DNA of 60,268 nt from Paraglomus brasilianum (lineage: Eukaryota), in assembly GCA_910592345.1 (NCBI GenBank), contig CAJVPI010000076.1, forward strand, positions 1 through 60,268. The letters are read 5' to 3'. Position 1 is the first letter of the stretch, and every line of letters starts with the position of its first letter. Positions 13,880 through 26,179 of the stretch are shown one piece after another. The translations under genes were made by a program, and so were the position numbers. The notes below the pieces were generated by a model, which ran no database searches, was not told where the DNA came from, and saw nothing but the letters and a program-made list of their open reading frames with translations.

Positions 13880-14912
13880 ATTATTAATAAACTTTTACTA
13901 GTAATGAATTATATGATAGCTTTTTTTTTAAAACAATCAGAATATTGCAAGCCAACAGATAATAAAAAAACGATAAGTAGTTGTCACACTGTTGATTAGT
14001 TGTTCGCTCATTTCACGTTTATCAATAATGCCAGCTGTTCAGCATTTGGGGGCAGCTGTAAGATTTAGAACGGTTGATAGCAAGTTGGAGAAGAAAACCT
14101 ATCCCATTATATAGTGTGTGTCACCAAAAAAACCGTAATTTTTGAACGCGTCTCATGTACCCGAGATATATTCAACGCCGTCAAAGCTGTTCGATTGCAA
14201 AAAACCCCCAAATTATCTTCGAAATGGCTACTTTCCAAAAACGAACAACAATGTCAAGTTGATTTACATTGGCGGATGGGAATCGAAACGGCAACGAATT
14301 ACGAAGGAAAACCAATATCCCAATTTCAACAATTTATGATAATCTAAAAAGCCGAGGAAAAGTGGAACTGTGGAACGTAAATGCGGAAGCGGCCACCGAA
14401 AGAAAGTCACATCGGGAACTGCAATCCCGCAATTTCGATACTCTTTGTTTACAATATAAATGAAAGAAAAGACTAACGAGATTTTTAATATTAGCTTATT
14501 TATAAAACTCTCCTGAACTGTTACTATTACTATGCCCACATTTAATACCATCCAAATTTAGATATGGCTACGTCCTGACCCAAATCAGAATGTATTTAAA
14601 CTACAATAATGCTTTCCCCAGACTTTTTGCTTTATTATTATATTATAAACTAGTACTTCCTAATCACGTCTATAACTGAAAAATGGGAAAAGTGTCCCTT
14701 TCTTTATGGTTGCAAAAAAATCGAAAATTCAACATCTCAATTTCGAGACCAATGCCTCAATTCATATCATCCTCTACCTTTCGGCACCAAAAAAATAATC
14801 TCGTGAATGCTGTCGAGTTAGTTACCATTAGCGATTAACCTTGAGATTTAAATTCTTCAAACGAGGCTGGCAATACCTCTACCCCGCTAATCTAATAACG
14901 ACTCTTACGTAA

Positions 14913-15010
14913 TACAGTCAACTCTCCCTAAATGCACGCCCTCGGGACTGAAAATTTGAGAGCGTGATTTAGGGAGGGATATTATATGAGCGTGCATTTA
15001 GAGAGTTTGT
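14913..15010. mobile_element. pogo/Tigger-like transposon end
   Basis: TA|cagtcaactctccctaaatgcacgc followed by inverted internal copies gcgtgatttagggag and gcgtgcatttagagag. Similar ends at ~10442 (tacatagtcaacctcgataa) and 42241 (tacagtcgcccctc). Confidence 0.5.
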
Positions 15011-16338
15011 ATTAATAATTCACGTGATATCATTAATAATGATATTTTGCGTCTATGCATCATATTGGCTTTTCTTTCTCTAATATTAACATACCTTTCA
15101 AGAATTTTTGCCATGTTCACTTGTTCTTTTGTAGATTTATTAACTCCGACTTCCCCATTGTTTTCAACCCAGTTAACAATTCTGTTCGACTTTTATTATT
15201 ACCGTACCGTGAACACTTGAGCATCCGATCAAGTAATCTTACTTTTGAGGCATGGTAAAAGTATGGCGTTTATTGAAAGACAAGGTTTTAATATAATTAT
15301 AATTATCAAGCTAGCAATTAGTTAACAAATTGCTACGGTGACGACTACGCGCATGTATTCTTAAATAGTTATTACTACGATAATTTATTGATATGTTAGA
15401 AGGTACTAATGGCCTGATGTAATCATGCCATGTTTGATCAGGGAGATTACTGTCCGTGTGGGATCTCAAAACTAATATATTACTAGTAACTAAGCGCTTC
15501 CGTAAACAATTTATCGTAAAATATGCTACTCAGATAATTGTGGACAAGAGACAATTATCCTTTCATCGATATAGAGATTAGCTATATCGATAATTTACCA
15601 GGGATTGAATTATCAACAATGTGAAATATTTACAATAAAGTAATTGGAGCGATAATAACCCCTTGGGATTGTGAACGTTGCAGAATAGGGAGAATGTGCA
15701 TTTATCACTAATTCCCGAGGTTGGTGCATTTAGAGAGAGTTGAATGTACGCAGGTCCTCGACTACTGGTTAAACTGTAGTGTGAATCTATCGATGGGATT
15801 AATTTCGATAGCCTGTAGGCACAATTAGTTTGTAGACAATTAGCATTCGTACTGATGCCAATTTGGACTGGAGCGGAATCTGCGGTTTGCACGTCAATAC
15901 TAATGCGATGGAATACTGATTATGTGCTAAAACCAATAAATATAATTTATTGAGTACCGAAGAGCTATCTAAGGATGATACAAGAGTTTTGAGCGAAGAT
16001 ATTGATCTAGCAAAACTACACTTCTTATATACATTTCATTGCCTCACTAGCCATATTCTAAAATTGAATTTCGCTCGCCATTTCTCACAGAGCACAAAAG
16101 TGAGACGATGGTCGAAACGTTTGTATAAAAACTATTCACTAACTATTATACGACTACTGTTAATGTAAGATCTTTATGACAACTACAGAAAACTTAAAGC
16201 TGTTTAGGCAGTAGTACATATTTCGATATCGGAATATTTTGAGAAATACGCCTCTTTGTATTTGCTTGTCATACGTACGTACCTTCGAATGTAGCACACG
16301 TTTCTTGCCTATGGATTAATGTCTCAATCCCAATGGAA

Positions 16339-17534
16339 GTATCAAAAAGCAGCTAAACAAGGATATGCCAGTACTCAATAATCTTGCTTTATGTTATGAG
16401 AATGGAACTGGAGTAGAAAAAGATGAACAAAAAGCAGTTGAACAAGGAAATGCCAGCACTCAATATAATCTTGGTGTGTGTTATAAGAATGGAACAGGAG
16501 TAGAAAAAGATGAACAAAAAGCAGTTGAATGGTATCAAAAAGCAGCTAAACAAGGAGATTCCAGTGCTCAATATAATCTTGCTTATTGTTATAATAATGG
16601 AATAGGGGTAGAAAAAGATGAACAAAAAGCAGTTGAATGGTATCAAAAAGCAGCTGAACAAGGAGTTACCAATGCTCAATATAATCTTGCTTTATGTTAT
16701 GAGAATGGAACTGGAGTAGAAAAAGATGAACACAAAGCAGTTGAATGGTATCAAAAAGCAGCTGAACAAGGAGATTCCAAAGCTCAATATAATCTTGGTG
16801 TGTGTTATGATAATGGAACTGGAGTAGAAAAAGATGATCAAAAAGCAGTTGAATGGTATAAAAAAGCAGCCAAACAAAGACATGCCAGTGCTCAATTTAA
16901 TCTTGCTAATTCATATTATAGTGGAGCTGGAGTAGAAAAAGATGAACAAAAAGCAGTTGAATGGTACCAACAAGCAGCTGAACAAGGAGATTCCAAAGCT
17001 CAATCTAATCTTGGTGTGTGTTATCAGTATGGAACTGGAGTAGAAAAAGATGAACAAAAAGCAGTTGAATGGTATCAAAAAGCAGCTGAACAAGGAGCTG
17101 CCAATGCTCAATATAATCTTGCTTTCTGTTATGAGAATGGAATTGGAGTAGAAAAAAATGAACAAAAAGCAGTTGAGTTATATCAGAGTGCAATAAAACA
17201 AGCACATTTGTCAGTGCAAGTTAAAAACAGTAGACATTATAGCAGAATAGATGGATTTGATACTAACATTAATATTGTAACTGACTTGTGTCAATTAGGA
17301 GCTAAAAAAGGAAACCCTTATGCACAATATATTCTTGGTCTGTATTATGAAAATGGGATTGGGGTAGAAGCGAATATTAAAAAGGCACTTGACTTATATG
17401 AAAGAGCAGCTGAACAGGGATATAGTAAAGCACGAAATAAGGTGTATATTTTTTATGAAAATGAGTCTGAAGTAAAGGAAAAAATAAGAGAAAAGATTGA
17501 GTTGGTAAAAAATATGATTGGTAAAGAGCATTAG
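16339..17534 (+). CDS. SEL1-like repeat protein (about 8 near-identical 36-aa/108-bp repeats plus diverged C-terminal repeats); 5' end frameshifted or truncated
   Basis: ORF 16365-17534 repeats AQYNLxxCYxxGxGVEKDEQKAVEWYQKAAxQG. Repeat DNA continues upstream of the ATG in another frame (actcaataatctt versus gctcaatataatctt, 2-bp loss). The first unit lacks 21 bp. Confidence 0.85.
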
Positions 17535-19547
17535 ACATAAACTGAAATTTACCATTAATATTAACAGAAACAACTAAATTGGAAGATAAATTACATCTAT
17601 GACTTACACAAGCAAAAAAAGTAAAACTGAAATTCATATGGAATTTTCCATCACTAGTATTAGGAAGAATAATCATGAAAAGATTTAATTTATCTATTTT
17701 GGCAAGTGTACCAATTTTAATAAAAATGCATCATTTATGTTCTGTATATAGTGTTATGTTTGGTCACATGGGAAGTGTTTGTGTTCTAATTGACTAACAT
17801 TATGGATGCAGCTTATTTTTGAAGGCTTTCTATACCTTTTATTGCTAAGATAAACTCATACAGTAGGACCGGTTAAACCAACTGATAAATGAAACCTTCA
17901 ATATATGTGGCCTGGGAGCGCATTGTGTTCAATTATTGACCGAAAAATATTCTCAAATAAGCTCAAACACGGCCTCGTTAACGCGTCCGCTTCAATTAAG
18001 GCGTCAGCTAATGTTGAAACCTATTCCCTATTCTTGGAATATATAGTTGCTATTAGGACTATTAAGCCAAAAATACTAAAACCAAAGCACGTTATCGTTC
18101 AGGATGCCCGTTTTGAGTCACTTTTAGTGATTTAATCTTTTGGCTTAATCCCGTTTAATTTTTTTTTTTAAAAAAAAAAGGCTCAGCGATAGCCCTGCCG
18201 CTAGGAACTTACGAACAAGGAGAGAAACTATACCAGAGCAACAACTGATATTATTCCTTAATCGAAGGAGTATAATTAAGAAATGCGACAATGCTTCAAT
18301 TCGTACGTTCCTGAATTGTCTTCGGCCGCTCTTTGAATGAGCATTATTTAATTTATGTGTAGACGATAATATATTTTTTTACTACTTGATCGTAGTTTTT
18401 ATTTAATATGAATGTTTACTATTTAAATATGAACTATTAAACCGTATTATTAACAATGGATGGTACACCACTAACGACTTAACTATACCTTTACCGATAA
18501 AATTTTTACGTTCCTTATATAATCGCGTAGTAAGTCTTAATTTCGGTTGTGTCATAACACAATTTCGGTTTACGCTTTTGTGTCATAACTCGATTTTATA
18601 TTCCATCATCCTAATTTAGATAAGAATGCACGTTTTTCATGCGGAATTGATGCGTCATCAATCCCAAACGTAACAATAGCCAATTGATCAATTTGATCAG
18701 ATACTCCATAGTTTGCAGCTCGCGTTACTCTCTAGTCCCCATAAGCTGGCTTATCCGGCTCTTTTAAGTCAGACACTTCCGTCCAGGAACAAGAATAGAA
18801 CTACAGAATACCTAATAGTATTCCTTAGTTGAAGAGCATATTAATTGTAAAAAGGCGATAAATTTGAGCAAATTTCTTCATAGCGTTTTCAGTTGCTCTA
18901 GTAAATGAGTTTATTTTAATAATTATAGACGATAGGCTTAATTGCTTTTACCACTGATCGTAATATTTTATTTAATATTAATATAATTAGTATTTAACAG
19001 TGACCAAAACACATTACATCACGACACACGTTCGACGATAAATTGAGCTAGCAGGCGTAATTCAAATATGATGTCTGATTTGTGAATTTCGCTGTCTTGC
19101 AACATCCTAATAAGCGATTGTTTGAATTAATAATAGGGAAAAGTTTGACCTTTATTGATTTCTAGCAAGATAGGACATGTAGTTTTAGTGACTGCTAAAA
19201 CTGACTTGGTTGCAGAACATGACTTATTTGTCAATATCCAACCCAGATGTGTGATGAGTGCAACATTGTCATGGTGTAGCATCACACTACGGGCAGTTAC
19301 TCTTTCCCTTAATTTCGACAAAATTTGATTAACTTGCTTATATATATTTTTTATAAGGGTCTTTATTAACATTTTTTTCCAAAATTGCTTCGCAAGACCT
19401 TCTGAATCAAGAGTCATCTTCCAAGCAGTTTCTTCCATTATTGAAATTTTTACCAGCTGTCAAACTGTGCGTAATGCTAGTACTTTATGTCTACAAAATT
19501 TCATTAATTTTACTAACATTTGTCGCGTCTTGCCGTTTCAGCAAACA

Positions 19548-19770
19548 CCGTATCCTCTCGTGAATAAGCACCCCCCTGATTACCGCTATTTAGCAACATA
19601 ATCTACACCTCATCAATAACTTATTACATAAGATTATAAATTATTTATTTCAAATACAATACATTTCTGGTTACTGTGATTACTGTTAGATAACTTCCCT
19701 AAAGTTTATTGTGACGGTTTGCCGATTATTTCATATGATCGGAGGGTGCTTATTCACGAGAGGATAACGG
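19548..19770. mobile_element. MITE (~220 bp), Tc1/pogo-like TIRs
   Basis: Perfect 23-bp inverted repeat tatcctctcgtgaataagcaccc (19551-19573) / gggtgcttattcacgagaggata (19744-19766); AT-rich non-coding interior. Confidence 0.85.
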
Positions 19771-21433
19771 GTATGTAGAATCGGTATTGTTCACGTGAAA
19801 TTCAAGCCAGTGATTTCGATGAATGAACTTTGAACAAAGATCAAATTTTGTTTGGTTTCAAGATCAGAACTTGGGCTTTATTTGGTAGCACGTAGTATTA
19901 CTTTCATAGTATGTTAACACTGTTGAAGGTTACAAAAATTAAATCAAACATGACAGTACATGTCTTATAATCAAACTTTATTTACAAACACATTGTAGCC
20001 AAATTCCCAGCTCATTCAACTTGCTCTAAAATGCTTCGTTGCGAACCACAAGTCGTGTTTGATGCAGAAGCTTTCGTCACATTAGACAAGTAGACTCTAC
20101 GAGTTTGCTAAGACAATGACTTTTCCATGACAGAAGCTGATATCTGAGAACTGTTGTCCAGATTTTGGTGACGAATCGATGTTCGTAAAAGCTGTCAGTG
20201 AACTAATTTCGTTTATCATATGCCGGCTGCAGACTTTAGTGCTAAAATACTGATGCTTTTTCGAATTAATGTTAACAACGTGTTGACCTCGCTCGTTACC
20301 ACATTACACCACCACCAATGCCGCCAAGAACACTTTCTGCCGGTAATCGATCAGCTTTTGATAAAGTTGCCCATTTCGATTCACTTATTGTCGATGATAA
20401 GCGAGCCGCTTTGATTCTGGGTTGCATTAAAGAAGCGGTAAATTAGCAAGGACTGATCAACTCGATGACGCTGTGATGAAACCATAGCACAACAGATGGC
20501 TTTATCGCGCGCAGAAAATTATTATTATGGACTAACCATTGTGGTTACAAGATTGCAGTTCGACTGACGAGGTACTAATATAGACTTCCCACATGGAACA
20601 AGTGCCATCCTAATTTTGTCATGCGATTACACAAAAAAGCCAAGTTAAAGTCTTTGTATTTTTTTGTGATATGCTTAAAGTCTTTAGATTTTCGATTGCT
20701 ACAACCCCAGTGGTGCTCATACGATGAGCTGGTCACGTTGACAAATTTAGGTCTGGCGTGTAACAAATCCGATAAAATCTGATCGCTGCTGCAATGCCCA
20801 AGGAATCATCGATTCAAGAAATTGAAAGCCTATGACATAATAAATAGATGGCGACTTAATTCGCTGTACTGAATGAATTCTCTAATTAGTTTGTCGCCGA
20901 CTTGAAATATCGACGTTTACTACAAAGTCTATAAAGAGAATGTCTTAAAGTTGTAAAAACAAGGCGAGTAGATCTAATCTGTACATGTGATGCACATTGC
21001 ATGTTGTCAAAAAATCACATTTATACTTTTAAGGAAATCACCGAACCACAGGTGTTAGGTTGTTATACCAATTATATTGTAAACAGATAAGTCAATCTAA
21101 TAACAATCACATTTTGACAAACAGGTTGAGCATCGAGAGAATGAAAAGTTTATGGCAATGCACAACGATTGAGAATTCGGAGCTAATATTAATGAGATTG
21201 CTTCCCGGATTGCAAATTTGACAGCTACTTGTTTAGCACACTATGCACAGGGCGAAACTATTGAACAGGGTTAAACATAGTTTCAAGGGGAACCTAATCA
21301 ACTATCTGCTACAATTATGTTGCCCATTGTGTTACGTTAAGCTTGAAAGTTTAAATTTTAACTCTGTTGGGCATAACCGTTTTAATTGTGATATAAATTT
21401 GGCTTTGCAAATGGTCTGCGTGGTAAAAACACT

Positions 21434-23100
21434 TTATTCTTTCTTGGGAAAGACAGGCCCTATTCTGCGTAGTATAGGATAGCTACTTTTATTGGAAGGT
21501 TTTAGTTGTGGAATATTAATGTTTAATTTATGATATTGGAATGAGTCTAATGTCATGCGTCGTTCATGTTCATGAATTATTTCTGGATCGGTAATGAATG
21601 CATCTTTGTGGAGAGATTGTATTTGAATTTGATCCCATGCTTGACAGCGACTTAATGCAACATATGCTTGTTCGGGGGGAAAATTGATCATCTAAAACGA
21701 GGGAGACTTTTGGTACTTGCGTTTTGTGTACAGTTAAGGTGGGGAAGCTGTGTAATATATTGCTCTTCGGGAGGTCTAGCATAGTATCGGCGGAGTAAGT
21801 TTTAAAATGTTCAGTTGCTTATAAGAATTTCAGTTGAAGATCATTTAGTGGGAATGCTTGATGAAATGTGGGATGAGTCGAGCTCTGTAAGTGGAGCAAT
21901 TTCCGAGTAATTGTGCATCAGACCTACATGGTAGTGGTTGTTGATAAAAGAAGATTTCTCCGTCTTGCGGTTTAAGTATCTGTATCGCACAATTATTTCA
22001 GATAAGTGTCTTTATAAATCGGGACTTGTGATTGGCTTGACGGTTACTTTGTCGAAAGTCGGTATTTTTTAAAATAATTGGGATATGTTATATTTTGCAC
22101 GACCACATGTGGACGAATTTGATCGTCATCGTTACGGCCGAATTTCACGGGAGCGTGTGGACATTGGTAAGTATATTACTTGTGTTGAAGAATTACACCA
22201 AGTAGAAGGAACATGCATTCCATTGATCCTAATCGTCAAGCGATAATATGCTCACGATATTTACCATATGTTGAAAAGGTGGTTTGACGACATATTTAGT
22301 CAGGGATTTTTCGAAGTGACGTATTGAGCATTCATATTCATTCATATGACCATACCATATTAAAATTGGCCATGATATGGTACTACCCAGCGGTCTTTTC
22401 TTTTGCGCATCGATATATATGACAGGTGGTCTTGGAAAGTTACCTTTGCAGGTGGGGCAGGTCCTCAAGTGCGACATGAAGACGGTCGTTTGGATGAAAC
22501 GTGAGCACTGACGTTGTGGTGGTTTTTTTTTATTGCTAATCGGGTTATTGATGGTGATCACATGTTACGATAAGTGATAAATCTAACGTTAAATAGTGGA
22601 TCAATTACCTTATCAGGGGAACGATTTCATTGTGTGGGAATATTATTTGCGATAATATCACTATATCGTAGTTTATTTCCTTATGTGGAGTTAAATATGA
22701 AGATGATATAAACGCAGAAGTTTATTTTCCCATGTTTGACTCAAAAGAAGTTTAATGTCATAATTCTGAAATCTATTGTCATCGCAAATAGTATTGCAGA
22801 CGGGAAAGGGAAAGCAGAATATCACTGTGGGATTCCTTGCTTTAACTGTATACTACCGTTTATTATCTATAAGCAGTCTCGTACTTCTCCTCTTTAGTAA
22901 TAAAAAACTTGCTTTTTTGAGCCGTTGTTGGATGGTTGCGGGGGATGCCTTTACGCGGCGATTTTTTTTTGTATCGAACTTTTAGGTTTTGTCTTGCTTG
23001 TGTCATCACTAATTTCCAAGGGACTAAAGTAGTGAATTCATTTTCCGCTTTTGCGTTTATGAACTGAAATTCTAGAATACAATTGATTGTCGACACTGTA
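21434..23100 (-). mobile_element. Decayed Helitron / PIF1 helicase relic
   Basis: PIF1 C-terminal motifs in shifting frames: TLTVHKTQ and EQAYVALSRCQAWDQIQIQSL...AFITDPEII. Upstream fragmented ORFs are tentatively included; right boundary approximate. Confidence 0.7.
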
Positions 23101-24501
23101 TAGGTGTCCTGTTGTAAATACGAGTGAATGTTTTTTTTAAGCGTCCTTGAAAATCATGGGTCAGAATTACATCGAACGCTCCGTACTGTGTACTACTCAA
23201 ATATGGTAGCCTGTCTCTCTGATATTCGAATGTTCTCCCAAGTAGATGGACAAGCGGTTAATATCGTCTGTTTCTAAGAATTAAGCGTTTACTTGTCGTT
23301 ATTACGAACGTCAATAACGCCGTCTTTCGATGGTGCGAATTTTCCGGTAATTAGATATACACAGTTCGGTTTGAGTTCTTGGAAAGTTTCACCGTTGTCT
23401 TTAAGTTGGAATCTTCGGAATCAGTGTCATTGATTGGTAGAATTGACTATTTGAAAATTATCTAGTTTTGAGATGGCTTTGTCTTTTTGCATTAAATGGT
23501 GAATAACACTTTCGTCGTTATTTCTTATTTCCTAATGATTAATTACGTTATTGTCACGATAACGCTTATTTATTATTTCATATAATTAATACGTTTAGCA
23601 TGTCGTTATTGAGCAATTTTAATAACTTTTTTGTGCTATTGCGTGTTACTTAGTGCCATTACATGACATAAACATTATTTATTTCTACACCTAAATTTGA
23701 TTATACAACAATAACTTGGATTATTGTTATTGATAAAATTCAATAATTTGCTTGATTAACGTCGTTGCATTTGGACAAAATTTTATTGTGATAAACAATA
23801 ATTGTCTTTTCTTATTGATTGTTGTACGGTTTTCGTTATCTTAGTTAGATGATTACACTTTACTCATATTTGCCATAATAATAACTTTTTCTTTTCTTTT
23901 CAAAACACTGTATAATTGATAAAATATCGTCGATGGTAATCTTGTATATTAAATTAATATTAATATCAAGTTAAACGTTAATTTAGTTTATCATAACAAT
24001 AAAACAAAGTAAAATTAAACATGTACAAATTATATATAATTAATAATATATAAAAATGACCCCATTTGACCGCATGAGGCTAACCTAACCTTCCAAATTT
24101 GTCGAATACGTCACAATCTATATTATGAAATGTACCATCTATTCTTTTATTAACGTTTAATTAAATTAATTGACCGGAATGGTAAGGCAAGGGTAATATT
24201 TTATCCGAATTATACCAACTTAACTCAAGGACGTATGTAGAGCTGTCACGCTTTCCCTACTCGTTTTTAATACGCTCTATTCATCTTTGCTATTACAACA
24301 TGTTTATTAACTTTGCCTACTCTTGTATTACTATTTGTCGTTATCTAATTGGAAAATAATATGCTTATTATTTATTTACATAGACTTAGATTATCGATTA
24401 AATAATACTTTTCTATATGTTCCGTTTCCAAGTCACTGTTCTCACTCTAATAACCTCGTTTACTGCCTCCGCCTCTACGTCCAACTCTGCTATATGTCGG
24501 T

Positions 24502-26179
24502 TTAATAATGAAATGTAGAAGGTGGTACAACTAGGACATTAATGTGGCTATTGGATTTCTTTGTGCTTGACTGGGTGGAATCGCGAAGGGTGGAATCGCG
24601 AAGGGTAGACTCGCTTTGAATAAAACTCGGATTAGGACTTCTAATACAAGTGCTCTGTCTTATTATACTTTGCTCACATGAGCCAGGCGAGTCATCCGAA
24701 AAGCCTTCGGAAAGGAGGTACTGAATCGCGTAACCAGGACCACCAAGATTTATAGATATAATAACCACCATAAATGCCCATGGTTTAGTGTGCTATTAAA
24801 GATTATACAATGTTAGCAAGTGATAAAGAAAAGCTTGATTTTGTAATAGTAACCTATAATATGATAAGATAATACACTTACTCCGCCAAAGAATCCAATT
24901 ACACATATATAAGCGGGAAGCCTAAAATCACATAATCAGACAACGTTTAATATCAAAAAACAGAGATCAAAACACAATAGTTCAGTGTGCGCATACCATT
25001 TTACAAAAAATATCAGAATGTAGCCAGTTATTCTTCTCAAAACACTCCGTTCAATAGCAGCATGTTTAATAGCGTGTTCAGTAGTTTTAACCAGTTCTTT
25101 GCCAGAGCTTTTGAGTTTTGCCATAATAGCAAGATAGCAAACAGCGCAAATCAAAAAAGTGGCAAAAGTAATGCCAAGGCCAGCAATGGCTAAGGAATGC
25201 TTTCCAGTAGTTTCCAAACACCTAAGTAAATAACAATAGGTTTATCAGCGTTAGTGATGAAGCTATTAATTAAGCAGATTTCAAAAAACAAACAAACTTC
25301 ATACCAGTATTGAGTTGGCCCAACGTTTGCCCAATTAACTGCGCACACACAAACTGACATAACTGCGGAGCCTGTCCAAAGTTTCCAGTCATAACGTCCA
25401 AGATTGCATGCTTTATGAAGGCATACACGGAGCTTTAAAACAAAGAGAGAGTGTGAGGAATTAGAATACGTGTGAAAAATTGTATACGGCGATTAAATTT
25501 TGTTTTCGAGATTTATTAAACATGATATTTACGTATGTAATTACAGATAGTATTACAATCACAGATTGACTTTGTTGGAATACAAACGCTGTCATCAGTC
25601 CTACAGTGAGACAGGATTTGTCCGGCAATACTTCTCCGTTGATTGCCGTGTATGCCTAACACATGCAAAGCGAGCATAATTAGTATTTACCAACGCGAGG
25701 TTACAATCATATAAAAAGTGATCGGCTGCTTACAATATTTAATATAAAAAGTGAAGATGTTATAATGTCTATAGGGGAAAAAGTGGGGGAAGGGTAAAAA
25801 AAAAAAAAAAAAAGAGTTATTTTTCAGATTCACTCGTCGCAGATAAGTAATTCAGATATACCTACCAGCTGTGGCAAGATATGTAAGCACTTTCAGAGCG
25901 TGTGATAGTGGCTTGTCTGTATGTCGTGACTTTTGAAAAACACGATACAGAACGTAAGCTGAACTAAGAAAATTTATACTACAAGCTATAAATCCGCTGA
26001 CATGTACTAAGTGAAACCCGGAATTCTGATGACAGACAAAAAGAGAAGGTTGATCAATGTTAATGAAATTTGTCCATTCCATAAAGTTGGAGATCTTGAC
26101 AACCAATTTATACTATACTTACATCATCGTCATCGTGAGGTGATAGCGTTGTGGTGGTGGTGGTTCCGTTGTTTTCCAT
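24502..26179 (-). CDS. 7TM GPCR-like protein (Git3/cAMP-receptor-like), about 8 exons
   Basis: Exons join in frame: MENNGTTTTTLSPHDDDD / ISNFMEW...ACSINFLSSAYVLYR...YLATA / DIITSSLFILNI / AYTAING...SCLTVG / LRVC..NLGRYDWKLW..GPTQYW / C...RRITGYILIFFVKW / LPAYICVIG / PWAFMVVIISINLGG. Seven hydrophobic segments. Confidence 0.8.

Noticed and set aside
16339..17200. Regular conserved/variable alternation resembling a CRISPR array
   Set aside because: Fixed 108-bp period in an open frame encoding SEL1 repeats; variable parts are homologous; no cas genes; eukaryotic context.
16389..17205. Minus-strand Phe/Ile-rich ORFs
   Set aside because: Antisense shadows of the SEL1 repeats.
19127..20900. Short minus-strand coding-like fragments (19127-19438, 20575-20800)
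   Set aside because: May be gene relics, but no family motif could be recognised.
21455..21480. Imperfect hairpin as the 3' end of the 21-23 kb Helitron
   Set aside because: No CTRR terminus at the expected distance, so the boundary was not called.
24078..24092. ctaacctaacc telomere-like motif
   Set aside because: Only two units; too short to be meaningful.
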